Origin: Bacteroidales bacterium
Lineage (GTDB): Bacteria; Bacteroidota; Bacteroidia; Bacteroidales; UBA12077
Assembly (NCBI GenBank): GCA_041686115.1
Contig: JAWLEM010000002.1
Coordinates: 1-46,074, forward strand
DNA: 46,074 nucleotides
Direction: 5' to 3'
Shown one piece after another: positions 1 to 8,541 of this stretch. The position numbers and the translations under genes are program-made. The notes under the pieces were generated by a model, which did not search any database, was not told the DNA's origin, and saw only the letters and a program-made list of their open reading frames with translations. The stretch's first letter is position 1. The number at the start of each line of letters is the position of its first letter.

Positions 1-1
1 T

Positions 2-514
2 GAAAGTTATTACGATTATTTTACATCTAAACCCTATATGGCTATACGTAATATCAGCGAAGGAAGCTACAGATATTATAACGAGGTCAGGTATAATCAC
101 GAAAAAAACATAGTAATAAGTCAAAAGTCAGGAGAGCATGAGGTCCCCGAAAATATTTTTGATATGCTTAGTGCATTCTACTTTTTTCGTGAATCGATGT
201 TAAAGGATATCAATGCTATTGGCGACGAAATTATTTTTGTTACTTATTTTGCCGATGAAATTTTTCCTTTAAAAATGAGATATGCCGGGGATGAAACCAT
301 AAAAACAAAATTAGGGAAATTTAATACAATGAAATTTTCTCCAGTTGTTGAGCCCGGCCGTATTTTTGACTCTGAAGATGATGTCACCATTTGGATTTCC
401 CGGGACAAAAACTTTGTTCCCATACAAATCCGCATCGACCTTATTATTGGGTCAATAAAGTGTGATTTAGTAGAAACAACAGATTTAAAACACTCCTTAA
501 ACCAAATTAAATAA
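2..514 (+). CDS. DUF3108-like protein, C-terminal part (5' end runs off the window)
   Basis: The frame is open from the window edge, so the Met at 38 in the ORF track is internal. DMLSAFYFFR and the C-terminal VTIWISRDKNFVPIQIRIDLIIGSIKCDL resemble the DUF3108 family pattern. Confidence 0.6.
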   Translation, partial: ESYYDYFTSKPYMAIRNISEGSYRYYNEVRYNHEKNIVISQKSGEHEVPENIFDMLSAFYFFRESMLKDINAIGDEIIFVTYFADEIFPLKMRYAGDETIKTKLGKFNTMKFSPVVEPGRIFDSEDDVTIWISRDKNFVPIQIRIDLIIGSIKCDLVETTDLKHSLNQIK

Positions 515-575
515 GCGATATTTTTTAAAATGCAGATGATTTAATCAATTCAATTTCATATTAAAATGATTTCAT

Positions 576-583
576 TATTTTTG
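576..583 (+). promoter_or_regulatory. Bacteroidota-type -7 promoter motif (TATTTTTG, consensus TAnnTTTG) upstream of efp
   Basis: Exact match to TAnnTTTG about 27 nt upstream of the efp ATG in an AT-rich intergenic region. Confidence 0.4.
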
Positions 584-609
584 CATGAAATTCTTAATAA
601 TAATTTATT

Positions 610-1179
610 ATGGCAAGTACATCAGATTTTAAAAACGGATTATGTATAGAGTATAACAATGAGCTATATACCATAGTTCAGTTTCAGCATGTAAAACCAG
701 GGAAGGGTGGAGCTTTTGTGAGAACAAAATTAAAAAACTTGAAATCAGGCAAAGTTATCGACAACACTTTTAATTCCGGCGCAAAAGTAAATTTTGCGAG
801 AATTGAGCGCAGGCCTTACCAGTTTTTATATAAAGACGATATTGGTTATCATTTTATGCATACAGAAACTTTCGAACAAGTATCGTTTCAGGAAGAATTA
901 ATTAATCAACCCGATTTGTTAGTGGAAGGCCAGTCAGTAGAAGCAGTTTATCATGCCGATACCGAAACCCCGTTATATTGTGAGTTACCTCCTTTTGTGG
1001 TGTTAGAAGTAACTTATACAGAACCGGGTTTAAAAGGCGATACTTCTTCAAGCACATCGCTTAAACCTGCAACATTACAAACCGGAGCAGAAATTATGGT
1101 TCCCTTATTTGTTTCAACTGGTGATAAAATAAAAGTAGATACCAGAGATCGTTCATATAATGAAAGGGTAAAAGAATAA
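610..1179 (+). CDS. efp: Translation elongation factor P
   Basis: 189 aa. It is colinear with EF-P over its whole length. It has the [18 protein letters not shown] loop with the modifiable Lys32 and the C-terminal GDKIKVDTR motif. Confidence 0.95.
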   Translation: MASTSDFKNGLCIEYNNELYTIVQFQHVKPGKGGAFVRTKLKNLKSGKVIDNTFNSGAKVNFARIERRPYQFLYKDDIGYHFMHTETFEQVSFQEELINQPDLLVEGQSVEAVYHADTETPLYCELPPFVVLEVTYTEPGLKGDTSSSTSLKPATLQTGAEIMVPLFVSTGDKIKVDTRDRSYNERVKE

Positions 1180-1247
1180 AATACTTTCATTTTGCCTGTT
1201 TTTTTTATATATTTATAGAAATTTGAAAATCAGGAAATTAAACCTTT

Positions 1248-2486
1248 ATGGATATTACAGGTAAAGCATCAATAAACAGGTTAAAGCTTTCGACATTCAA
1301 GCTAAATACGCTTCTTACCATTACGAAAGCCATTAATGCCAATCTGTCAACTGAAGAGTTGTTGAAGCGTTACGAAAAAATATTGCGTGATGACCTGAAT
1401 ATTGGTAAAATCTTAATTTTTAAATTTGATAAAGGGTGGAATTTAATTTTAAGCTCAGGATGTTCTCAACAGATTATTGATCAGATTCAAGTTGAAAAAG
1501 ACCTGCTTGAACATACAGAAATATCTTTTGTTACAGCCTCGCCAAATCCATCATTAAGGGTTTTTGATAATATTATTCCTGTATTTAATAATAATATTCC
1601 TGTTGCTTTTGTTTTAATTGGCGATATTGATGAAGAAAAAGAAGGTGTTAGCCCCACCATTAAGCACCTTCATTTTATTCAAACGCTTTCGAACATTATT
1701 ATTGTAGCCATCGAAAATATACGGTTATATAACGAAACGTTAAAGCAGGAAGCCCTAAAAAAGGAGTTGGAGCTGGCATCAAAAATGCAGTCGATGTTAA
1801 TTCCCGAAAGGGATAAACTTCCGCATAATGACCGAATTTTTGTTTCAACTTTTTACCACCCTCACTTTGAGGTTGGGGGCGATTATTACGATTTTATTCA
1901 ACTAAATGATGATGAGGTAGGATTTTGTATTGCCGATGTTTCAGGTAAAGGTATTTCTGCCGCATTATTAATGTCTAACTTCCAGGCCAACTTACGAGCT
2001 CTTTTTGTTACCGAAACATCGTTGGCTAACATGGCTGTTAAGCTTAACGAAAGAGTTATGGCAAGCGCTAAAGGAGAAAAGTTTATTACCATTTTTATGG
2101 GGCGCTATAATTATAAAACAAAAAAACTTGATTACATTAATGCGGGGCATAACCCGCCTCTGTTTTATAAAGTTGACGATGATGAGATGTTGTTTTTACG
2201 CGATGGCTGCGTGGGCATGGGTATGTTAAATGAGATACCAACACTTAAAGTTGGGTCTGTTACCATTGATCAAAAATCAAAACTATTCTGTTATACCGAT
2301 GGGCTGGTAGAGCTTGTTGGTGACGATGGCGTAAGTTTTGGTACCGAACAAATTGAGGGTTCTTTAACCAATAATCGCGAAATCGATCAAAATATTAATA
2401 GCATAATTCAAGATCAAAAAATTTTGGAAGGCAGTACTGCTATTTTCGACGATATTTCTATTATCGGGATTGAATTTTATGTGTAG
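1248..2486 (+). CDS. PP2C/SpoIIE-family serine phosphatase with N-terminal GAF-like sensor domain
   Basis: Motifs GGDYYDF, ADVSGKGISAALLMS, NAGHNPP, TDGLVE and FDDISIIG are typical of RsbU/SpoIIE phosphatases. Confidence 0.85.
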   Translation: MDITGKASINRLKLSTFKLNTLLTITKAINANLSTEELLKRYEKILRDDLNIGKILIFKFDKGWNLILSSGCSQQIIDQIQVEKDLLEHTEISFVTASPNPSLRVFDNIIPVFNNNIPVAFVLIGDIDEEKEGVSPTIKHLHFIQTLSNIIIVAIENIRLYNETLKQEALKKELELASKMQSMLIPERDKLPHNDRIFVSTFYHPHFEVGGDYYDFIQLNDDEVGFCIADVSGKGISAALLMSNFQANLRALFVTETSLANMAVKLNERVMASAKGEKFITIFMGRYNYKTKKLDYINAGHNPPLFYKVDDDEMLFLRDGCVGMGMLNEIPTLKVGSVTIDQKSKLFCYTDGLVELVGDDGVSFGTEQIEGSLTNNREIDQNINSIIQDQKILEGSTAIFDDISIIGIEFYV

Positions 2487-2528
2487 TTATCCTGCTTTCA
2501 GTTTTTAATCCAAGCAATTTTTCCCGGG

Positions 2529-3146
2529 TTAATCAAAAATAATTTTATCTAACCTGATATTTTTATGATAGCTTTTGGCTTTGTTTATTATTGGCTTTTG
2601 TAATGCTTGTAATTCTTTCAATTGATTATTTTCTCGATTAAAAACCCATACGACCGGGATTGATTTTTTTTCAGGTTTTGAAAAACCTAAAATATAAATT
2701 GTTTTGTTATCTATCCATTGGGCTTCTTCGGCAAAACATGCTGTACCACAAAAAATGATTCGTTGTCTTATTTTGTTCTTGATATCAATTAATGCAACTT
2801 CCTGATCAACAGCCGTGCCCCTGCAAATAAGTTCTCCTTCAGTATTCTTTTCAAGTACCAGGAAATAGCTGTCTAAATCAATCAAAAAATTATGGTTTGC
2901 AGAATAAATGTAGAAATCCTTAAACATTTTAAAATGTATATTCGCTGTGTCAACAGGTGATTTTAAAATGGCATTATTTTCTATAAAAAGAGTATCTCTA
3001 AAATCATCTAGCACTAACCCGTAATAATCGAGCCATCGATTTAATCTTTCGTTTTTTGGCTGGCTTTTTTGTTGATTACAACCACTTAAAATCACTGATG
3101 TGATCATTGTAATTATAAAATACGTTGCAGCTCTGGTTTTTATCAT
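2529..3146 (-). CDS. Hypothetical lipoprotein
   Basis: The likely start is the internal Met (MIKTRAATYFIITMITSVILSGC), which gives a lipobox Cys. The longer ORF-track N-terminus (to 3215) is translated GC-rich palindrome. I recognise no family. Confidence 0.55.
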   Translation of the reverse strand: MIKTRAATYFIITMITSVILSGCNQQKSQPKNERLNRWLDYYGLVLDDFRDTLFIENNAILKSPVDTANIHFKMFKDFYIYSANHNFLIDLDSYFLVLEKNTEGELICRGTAVDQEVALIDIKNKIRQRIIFCGTACFAEEAQWIDNKTIYILGFSKPEKKSIPVVWVFNRENNQLKELQALQKPIINKAKSYHKNIRLDKIIFD

Positions 3147-3176
3147 CTGTTTTGCTTGCTTGTTTGTCGCCACTTT

Positions 3177-3203
3177 CGCTGGCGCGCGTTTATAACGCGT
3201 GCC
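3177..3203. repeat. GC-rich REP-like palindrome (CGCTGGCGCGCGTT-TAT-AACGCGTGCC)
   Basis: About 10-bp inverted arms around a 3-nt loop, sitting just 3' of the RAYT gene. It shares the GCTGGCGC core with copies at 3733-3759 and 3771-3796. Confidence 0.6.
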
Positions 3204-3223
3204 TTTTCTTTTCATCTTCTATA

Positions 3224-3676
3224 TCAATCATAAGTTATTAATAGTTTATCTACTAATTCCACATACAATAAATAATCTAACCCGGCATAATTTCTTGCTG
3301 AGCTATACAAATAATCTTCTGGCTGTGCCACAAGCATTTCTTCTACCGGATTCATATGTATATAATTTACCTTTTCGTTTAAAAAACGATTTGTGAAAAT
3401 TTCTTTAGGATGATTTCCATCCTGCCAAAATTTGTAGTTTTTAATTCTCTTCAAATCTTTCCCTGCTTTTTCAAATTTTTTTAAAAGCCACTCTCTTCTA
3501 CTTTCAGGTTCTTCTTTAATTTGTTTAATAATTTGCTTTGCTGTATGCTTTTTAAAATCACGTAATATTTCAGATAGCGAATACTCACCATCGGCACGTA
3601 TAATCATATGCAGATGACTTGGCATCAACACCCATGCAAAAATTGTTAATCCTTTATATTGCTGACAGTATTTCAA
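3224..3676 (-). CDS. REP-associated tyrosine transposase (RAYT, IS200/IS605-like Y1 HUH enzyme), apparently N-terminally truncated
   Basis: It has the HUH motif (MPSHLHMII), EEPESRREW, KFWQDGNHP and the Tyr region YIHMNPV. The frame stays open upstream to 3727 (WIDIFTRRNHKEKIIESL...) and then hits a TAG exactly where GC-rich repeat sequence starts. The ~20-aa first beta-strand seen in full-length homologues is missing. Confidence 0.8.
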   Translation of the reverse strand: MKYCQQYKGLTIFAWVLMPSHLHMIIRADGEYSLSEILRDFKKHTAKQIIKQIKEEPESRREWLLKKFEKAGKDLKRIKNYKFWQDGNHPKEIFTNRFLNEKVNYIHMNPVEEMLVAQPEDYLYSSARNYAGLDYLLYVELVDKLLITYD

Positions 3677-3730
3677 TGATTCTATTATTTTTTCTTTATG
3701 GTTTCTTCTTGTAAAAATATCAATCCACTA

Positions 3731-3812
3731 CCGCTGGCGCGGACGTCCACGTCCGTGGCTTTTTAAAACGGCTGGCGCCCGATTGCAACGAGTGCCTTAT
3801 AGCACGTCCGTG
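3731..3812. repeat. Cluster of GC-rich REP-like units abutting the truncated RAYT 5' end
   Basis: GCTGGCGCGGACGTCCACGTCCGTGGC (hairpin CGGACG-TCCA-CGTCCG) is followed by GCTGGCGCCCGATTGCAACGAGTGCC. The second unit parallels the 3177-3203 unit. GC content is far above the local background. Confidence 0.6.
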
Positions 3813-3822
3813 ATATTTAATA

Positions 3823-4797
3823 TTACCAATTTAATAACCACGCAAAAATAAGCGGAGCCACAATGGTGGCATCAGATTCAACAATATATTTAGGGGTATC
3901 CACATCGAGTTTACCCCAGGTTATTTTTTCGTTAGGTACGGCGCCGGAGTATGAGCCGTAGCTGGTTGTAGAATCAGAAATCTGGCAAAAGTAACTCCAG
4001 AAAGGAATTTTTTCCATTTCTAAATCCTGGTAAAGCATGGGAACAACACAAATCGGAAAATCGCCGGCTATACCACCACCGATTTGAAAAAATCCTATTC
4101 CTTTTCCTTCTGAATTTCTAATATACCAGTCGGCAAGCCAGGCCATATACTCAATACCCGACTTTACTGTTGATGGTTTTAACTGCCCTTTAATACAGTA
4201 CGAAGCAAAAATATTGCCCATGGTGCTGTCTTCCCATCCGGGAACAACAATCGGAAGGTTTTTTTCAGCTGCAGCAATCATCCATGAGTTTTTAGGGTCA
4301 ATCTCATAATATTGCTCTAAAACTCCCGAAAGCAACATTTTGTACATGTATTCGTGTGGAAAATATCTTTCGCCCTTTTCTTCAGCATTTTTCCAGATTT
4401 CGTAAATATGTTTTTGTAAGCGCCTGAATGCTTCTTCTTCGGGAATACAAGTATCGGTAACCCGATTTAATCCCTTTTCGAGCAGCTCCCATTCCTGTTT
4501 GGGTGTCAGATCCCTGTAGTTTGGTACTCTTTTATAATGCGAATGGGCAACAAGATTCATTAAATCTTCTTCAAGGTTTGCCCCGGTACATGAAATGATA
4601 TGCACTTTATCCTGCCTGATCATTTCGGCAAGGCTTTTTCCCAGCTCCCCGGTACTCATTGCTCCGGCAAGGGTGATCATCATTTTACCGTTTTCGGCTA
4701 AATGTTTTTCGTATCCGATAGCTGCATCTTTTAAAGCAGCTGCATTAAAATGTAAAAAATGCTCATCGATAAATTTTGATATGGTATTTCTTTCCAT
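3823..4797 (-). CDS. Deoxyhypusine synthase-like protein (probable homospermidine synthase type)
   Basis: 324 aa. It has the DHS-fold motifs (GAMSTGELG, ISCTGANLEED, IGGGIAGDF) and a conserved catalytic-lysine context, TWGKL. It is the last gene of the polyamine operon. Confidence 0.85.
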   Translation of the reverse strand: MERNTISKFIDEHFLHFNAAALKDAAIGYEKHLAENGKMMITLAGAMSTGELGKSLAEMIRQDKVHIISCTGANLEEDLMNLVAHSHYKRVPNYRDLTPKQEWELLEKGLNRVTDTCIPEEEAFRRLQKHIYEIWKNAEEKGERYFPHEYMYKMLLSGVLEQYYEIDPKNSWMIAAAEKNLPIVVPGWEDSTMGNIFASYCIKGQLKPSTVKSGIEYMAWLADWYIRNSEGKGIGFFQIGGGIAGDFPICVVPMLYQDLEMEKIPFWSYFCQISDSTTSYGSYSGAVPNEKITWGKLDVDTPKYIVESDATIVAPLIFAWLLNW

Positions 4798-4820
4798 GAT
4801 ATATGTTTTATTTTTAATTT

Positions 4821-4847
4821 TTAACCACGAAGGAAATTTGTGGTTAA
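4821..4847. other. Intercistronic hairpin TTAACCAC-N11-GTGGTTAA
   Basis: Perfect 8-bp stem between the agmatinase stop and the DHS-like start. It contains the ACCACGAAGG motif, related to the ACACAGAG repeats at 28534-28575. Confidence 0.4.
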
Positions 4848-4856
4848 AAAATGTAA

Positions 4857-5702
4857 TTATTTATTAAAAACATAACTTAAAATCTTATAATAGAGTTTGG
4901 CAGCTAAAAAATCGGGTGCTTTATTATTTTGATCCGGACATAGCTCCATGATATCGAAACCGACAACATTTTTATTTTTGGCTACTAACTGAATAAAATC
5001 TGTTACCTGTTTCCAGCTTAATCCCCCTGGCTCGGGAGTTCCTGTCGATGGCATGATTGATGGGTCAAGCCCGTCGAGGTCGATGGTAATAAAAACATTT
5101 TCAGTTAATTTGCTCAGGGCTTTTTGCATCCATTTTGGATCTCTGTGTATATCATGTGCAAAAAAGCAGTTTTCTTGTTTCAGGTGTTTTTTCTCAGATA
5201 TATCCATACTTCTAATCCCAACCTGAACAAGATTTAATGTTTTTTGCGCTTCGTGAACTGCACAGGCATGATTACATGCTGAACCATCATAATCGGGGCG
5301 AAGATCAGCATGTGCATCTATTTGCAAAACCGAAAGATCACTAAAGTGTTCTTTAAATGCTCTAATAGATCCAATGCTAATGGAATGTTCTCCCCCGAAA
5401 AGGGTAACAAATTTATTCATTTTAAGGTACCTTAGGGCCACTTCATGAACCTTGCTAACCATTGCTTCGGGTGAGCTGTTTTCTGTTATCGGATCAGATA
5501 AAAATATACCCCGGGTATATACTTCAGAATCAGTTTCTATATCGTATAGTTCCATGTTTTCAGAAGCCTCTAGAAAAGCTTCCGGGCCTTTGTCCGATCC
5601 TTTGACCCAGGTACTGGTTCCATCGTAAGGAACAGGAATAAGCACAATTTTTGATGTTTCCAATTGAGCATATTCATCAGGTATACCAGCATAGTTTTTC
5701 AT
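4857..5702 (-). CDS. speB: Agmatinase (ureohydrolase family)
   Basis: Arginase-family Mn ligand motifs GGEHSIS, DAHADLR and TIDLDGLDP. It sits between the arginine decarboxylase and the DHS-like gene. Confidence 0.9.
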   Translation of the reverse strand: MKNYAGIPDEYAQLETSKIVLIPVPYDGTSTWVKGSDKGPEAFLEASENMELYDIETDSEVYTRGIFLSDPITENSSPEAMVSKVHEVALRYLKMNKFVTLFGGEHSISIGSIRAFKEHFSDLSVLQIDAHADLRPDYDGSACNHACAVHEAQKTLNLVQVGIRSMDISEKKHLKQENCFFAHDIHRDPKWMQKALSKLTENVFITIDLDGLDPSIMPSTGTPEPGGLSWKQVTDFIQLVAKNKNVVGFDIMELCPDQNNKAPDFLAAKLYYKILSYVFNK

Positions 5703-5711
5703 TGTACTTAG

Positions 5712-7112
5712 TTATTTATTGTTATAACCTAATATCTTGAGCATATCTTTCGGTTCCTGCTCTTTTGTAAATAACCGGGTTGTAAATCCTCCTTTTTTAT
5801 CTATATCAATAATGATATGTTTCGGGCCGGGAATTAAACAATGTTGCAAACCGCCGTATCCACCTAATGTGTCCTGGTATGCACCGGTATTAAAAAACCC
5901 AATGTATAAGGTTTCATTGGCTGTGATTTTTGGCAGGTATATGGCATTTGCATGTTGCTCTGAGTTATAATAATCGTCGCTATCGCAGGTTAATCCGCCA
6001 AGAAAAACCCTTTCGTATGTACTGTACCATTTGTTTATTGGCAACAAAATAAATCGTTTATTAATAGCCCAGCTATCGGGCAAAGTGGTCATAAACGAGC
6101 TATCAATCATATTCCATAACTCCCGGTCGTTTTGTTTTTTTTGTCCTAAAACGGAATAAATAATTCCGCTGCTTTCGCCTACGGTAAATGACCCAAATTC
6201 GGTAAAGATATTAGGTTCCTTTAAGTTATTGGCTTCGCAATATAATTTTATTTGCGATATGATTTCATCAATAATATATTCGTAGTCATAATCGAACGAA
6301 AGGGAGTTTTTTATGGGGAATCCTCCACCAATATTTAATGAGTCCAGTTCGGGACATACTTTCTTTAGCTCGCCGTAAACATTCAGGCATTTTACCAGTT
6401 CACTCCAATAATAAGCATTATCTTTTATTCCGGTATTAATAAAGAAATGCAGCATTTTGAGTTTGATGTTGGGATTCTCTTTTACCTGTTTTTTATAAAA
6501 GGGAACGATATCCTTGTAACCAATACCCAACCGCGAGGTATAAAACTCAAATTTTGGTTCTTCTTCAGAAGCAATTCGTATTCCAACCTGGAATGGAACA
6601 TCAATTAAATCTTCAAGTTGTTCCAGTTCTTTAAAATTATCCACAACGGGGATGGTATTTTTAAATCCGTTATTGATAATCCTGGAAATATTTTCAATAT
6701 AGGCTTCACGTTTAAAACCATTACAAATAATATAGGTTGATTTATCGATTTTTTTCTCTTCGTAAAGTTTTTCAACAATATTAATATCAAAAGCAGAAGA
6801 TGTTTCGATATGGATATCGTTTTTTAATGCTTCGTGCAAAATGTGTTTAAAGTGTGAGCTTTTTGTACAATAACAGTAGTAGTATTTACTTTTGTAGTTT
6901 ACCTTTTCCATGGCATTATAAAACCATTTCTTGGCTCTTTTTATCTGATTGGATACTTGTGGTAAGTAGGTAAATTTTAAAGGGGTTCCATACGCTTCAA
7001 TCATGTCCATCAAAGGAATTTTATGAAACAGTAAATTGTCATTGTCTAAACTAAATTCCTTTTGTGGGAAATCGAAGGTTTGCTCTATTAAATCTATATA
7101 TTTAATCTTCAC
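5712..7112 (-). CDS. Arginine decarboxylase (PLP-dependent, alanine-racemase-fold decarboxylase, short Bacteroidota type)
   Basis: 466 aa with a GTG start. It has group IV decarboxylase features (CTKS lysine region, NIGGGFP, GAYQD) and is operonic with the agmatinase. Confidence 0.75.
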   Translation of the reverse strand: MKIKYIDLIEQTFDFPQKEFSLDNDNLLFHKIPLMDMIEAYGTPLKFTYLPQVSNQIKRAKKWFYNAMEKVNYKSKYYYCYCTKSSHFKHILHEALKNDIHIETSSAFDINIVEKLYEEKKIDKSTYIICNGFKREAYIENISRIINNGFKNTIPVVDNFKELEQLEDLIDVPFQVGIRIASEEEPKFEFYTSRLGIGYKDIVPFYKKQVKENPNIKLKMLHFFINTGIKDNAYYWSELVKCLNVYGELKKVCPELDSLNIGGGFPIKNSLSFDYDYEYIIDEIISQIKLYCEANNLKEPNIFTEFGSFTVGESSGIIYSVLGQKKQNDRELWNMIDSSFMTTLPDSWAINKRFILLPINKWYSTYERVFLGGLTCDSDDYYNSEQHANAIYLPKITANETLYIGFFNTGAYQDTLGGYGGLQHCLIPGPKHIIIDIDKKGGFTTRLFTKEQEPKDMLKILGYNNK

Positions 7113-7227
7113 GTCATAAAAATTTTTAATGGATAAATAAAAGCAAATTAAGTATTTTTATTGAGATAAAATCTCAAATAATCCCTGGAAATAAATAAAA
7201 AGTATTGTTTTTTTATCAATTACTTGG

Positions 7228-7262
7228 ATCATAAAACAAAAGCCGCATATGTAGCGGCTTTT
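7228..7262 (-). terminator. Rho-independent terminator after the HU/SPOR gene
   Basis: On the minus strand: AAGCCGC-TACATAT-GCGGCTT followed by TTTGTTTTAT. It lies 22 nt downstream of the stop at 7284. Confidence 0.75.
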
Positions 7263-7283
7263 AGGATGTCTGAAACGATTGTT

Positions 7284-8423
7284 CTAATAGTATAAAATCC
7301 AGGCTTGCAAGTCTTTTTCCTGTGTTAAATACCGATATTCGGCTAAAGCTTTTCTTTTATCGGTAAAAGAGTTATAACTAACTGCATGCATGCCATTCCT
7401 TTCCTCTAGTTTTTCAGCCTTATATCCTTGTTCTTTAAGATTTTCTAAATAGCTGAAGGCATATTTTTCGTTTTTAAAACTACCTGCAATAATATAATAT
7501 TTTTTCTGTGCCGGAGTTGCAGGTTTTGCTTCTTGTTTTGCTTGAGTAGCCTTTTTATCTGTTTCGGTTTTAGCTTGTTCTGTTGATTTTTGCTCTGCTT
7601 TGGGTTTTTCATCGTCTTTATTTGCAGTAGCTTTTTTAGGGGTATCTGTCTTTTTCTTTTGGGTAATTTCTGTTTTTTCTTTTGTAGTATCTTTACTAAA
7701 GATAGTGCCAATTTTATCAATGTTGATTAAAGCAAAAATAAATAAAACGGCAACAGGAACACCAATAGCAATTGCCCATACTAAACCTTTATTGAGAGGC
7801 TCTTTTTTCTTTTTGTAACTGGCAACTTTTGGTTCTGGTTTTTGAGTTTTTGGTTTTGCCGGCTCTTCTTTTTCAGGTTTAAACTCTTCGAGTTTTGATT
7901 CCTTTTTGGGCTCTTCTTTTTTTACTTCTTCCTTTTTGGGTTCTTCAGGTGCTTTTTTGGTTTCTTTTGGGGCAGCAGTTTTCTTTGCATTAGTTTTTGC
8001 TGTTTTGGGTGCTTCCTTTTCGGGAGTCGGTGCCGTTTTTTTCTCTTCTTTCGGACTTTCGGTTTCTTTTTCTTTGGCAATAGTTATGAATTGGACTTTG
8101 CCCTGCTTGTCGACAATAAATTTTCCAAAATCTTTTATCTCAAATGGTTTTTCTTTGTCCAGTTCGTTTTTTATACTTTCTATAAATTCTTTTATTTTTT
8201 CAGCAGCTTGTTCTTTAGAGATATTTTCTTTTTTAATGATATACTTTTCAAGCAGTTCGTCGTTAAATTTCAGAAAAGGGCTAAAATAGATATCTTTTAG
8301 CTTCTCTTCCAGGGTGTTGGCATCTTTGCTTTTGGATGTTGCCCGAACCAAAAAGGCACCGAAATTAGGAACAATAACCCGGTTGTTTGTGGCAAGTAAT
8401 TCCTGAATATAGGTTGCGATCAT
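7284..8423 (-). CDS. HU-like N-terminal domain / membrane-anchored SPOR domain protein with K/E/P-rich linker
   Basis: N-terminal NNRVIVPNFGAFL (HU/CCDC81-like), one TM helix (GLVWAIAIGVPVAVLFIFALI) and a C-terminal SPOR-like region (KKYYIIAGSFKNEKYA...). The ATG at 8423 is preferred over the TTG at 8429. Confidence 0.75.
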   Translation of the reverse strand: MIATYIQELLATNNRVIVPNFGAFLVRATSKSKDANTLEEKLKDIYFSPFLKFNDELLEKYIIKKENISKEQAAEKIKEFIESIKNELDKEKPFEIKDFGKFIVDKQGKVQFITIAKEKETESPKEEKKTAPTPEKEAPKTAKTNAKKTAAPKETKKAPEEPKKEEVKKEEPKKESKLEEFKPEKEEPAKPKTQKPEPKVASYKKKKEPLNKGLVWAIAIGVPVAVLFIFALINIDKIGTIFSKDTTKEKTEITQKKKTDTPKKATANKDDEKPKAEQKSTEQAKTETDKKATQAKQEAKPATPAQKKYYIIAGSFKNEKYAFSYLENLKEQGYKAEKLEERNGMHAVSYNSFTDKRKALAEYRYLTQEKDLQAWILYY

Positions 8424-8541
8424 AACCAATTATTTTAAGTTGTTAGCTTTTAATGGTATAAATGTATAAATTTTAATGTAAAATTAGAAATGTTGATACA
8501 ATTAAGTTTATCAATATTTTACAAAAAGCAGAGTTGATGAA

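Noticed and set aside
7445-8300. Several 69-127-aa ORFs on both strands inside the HU/SPOR gene
   Set aside because: They overlap the K/E/P-rich linker, whose purine-rich periodic codons keep alternative frames open. The 381-aa frame has recognisable HU-like and SPOR-like ends.
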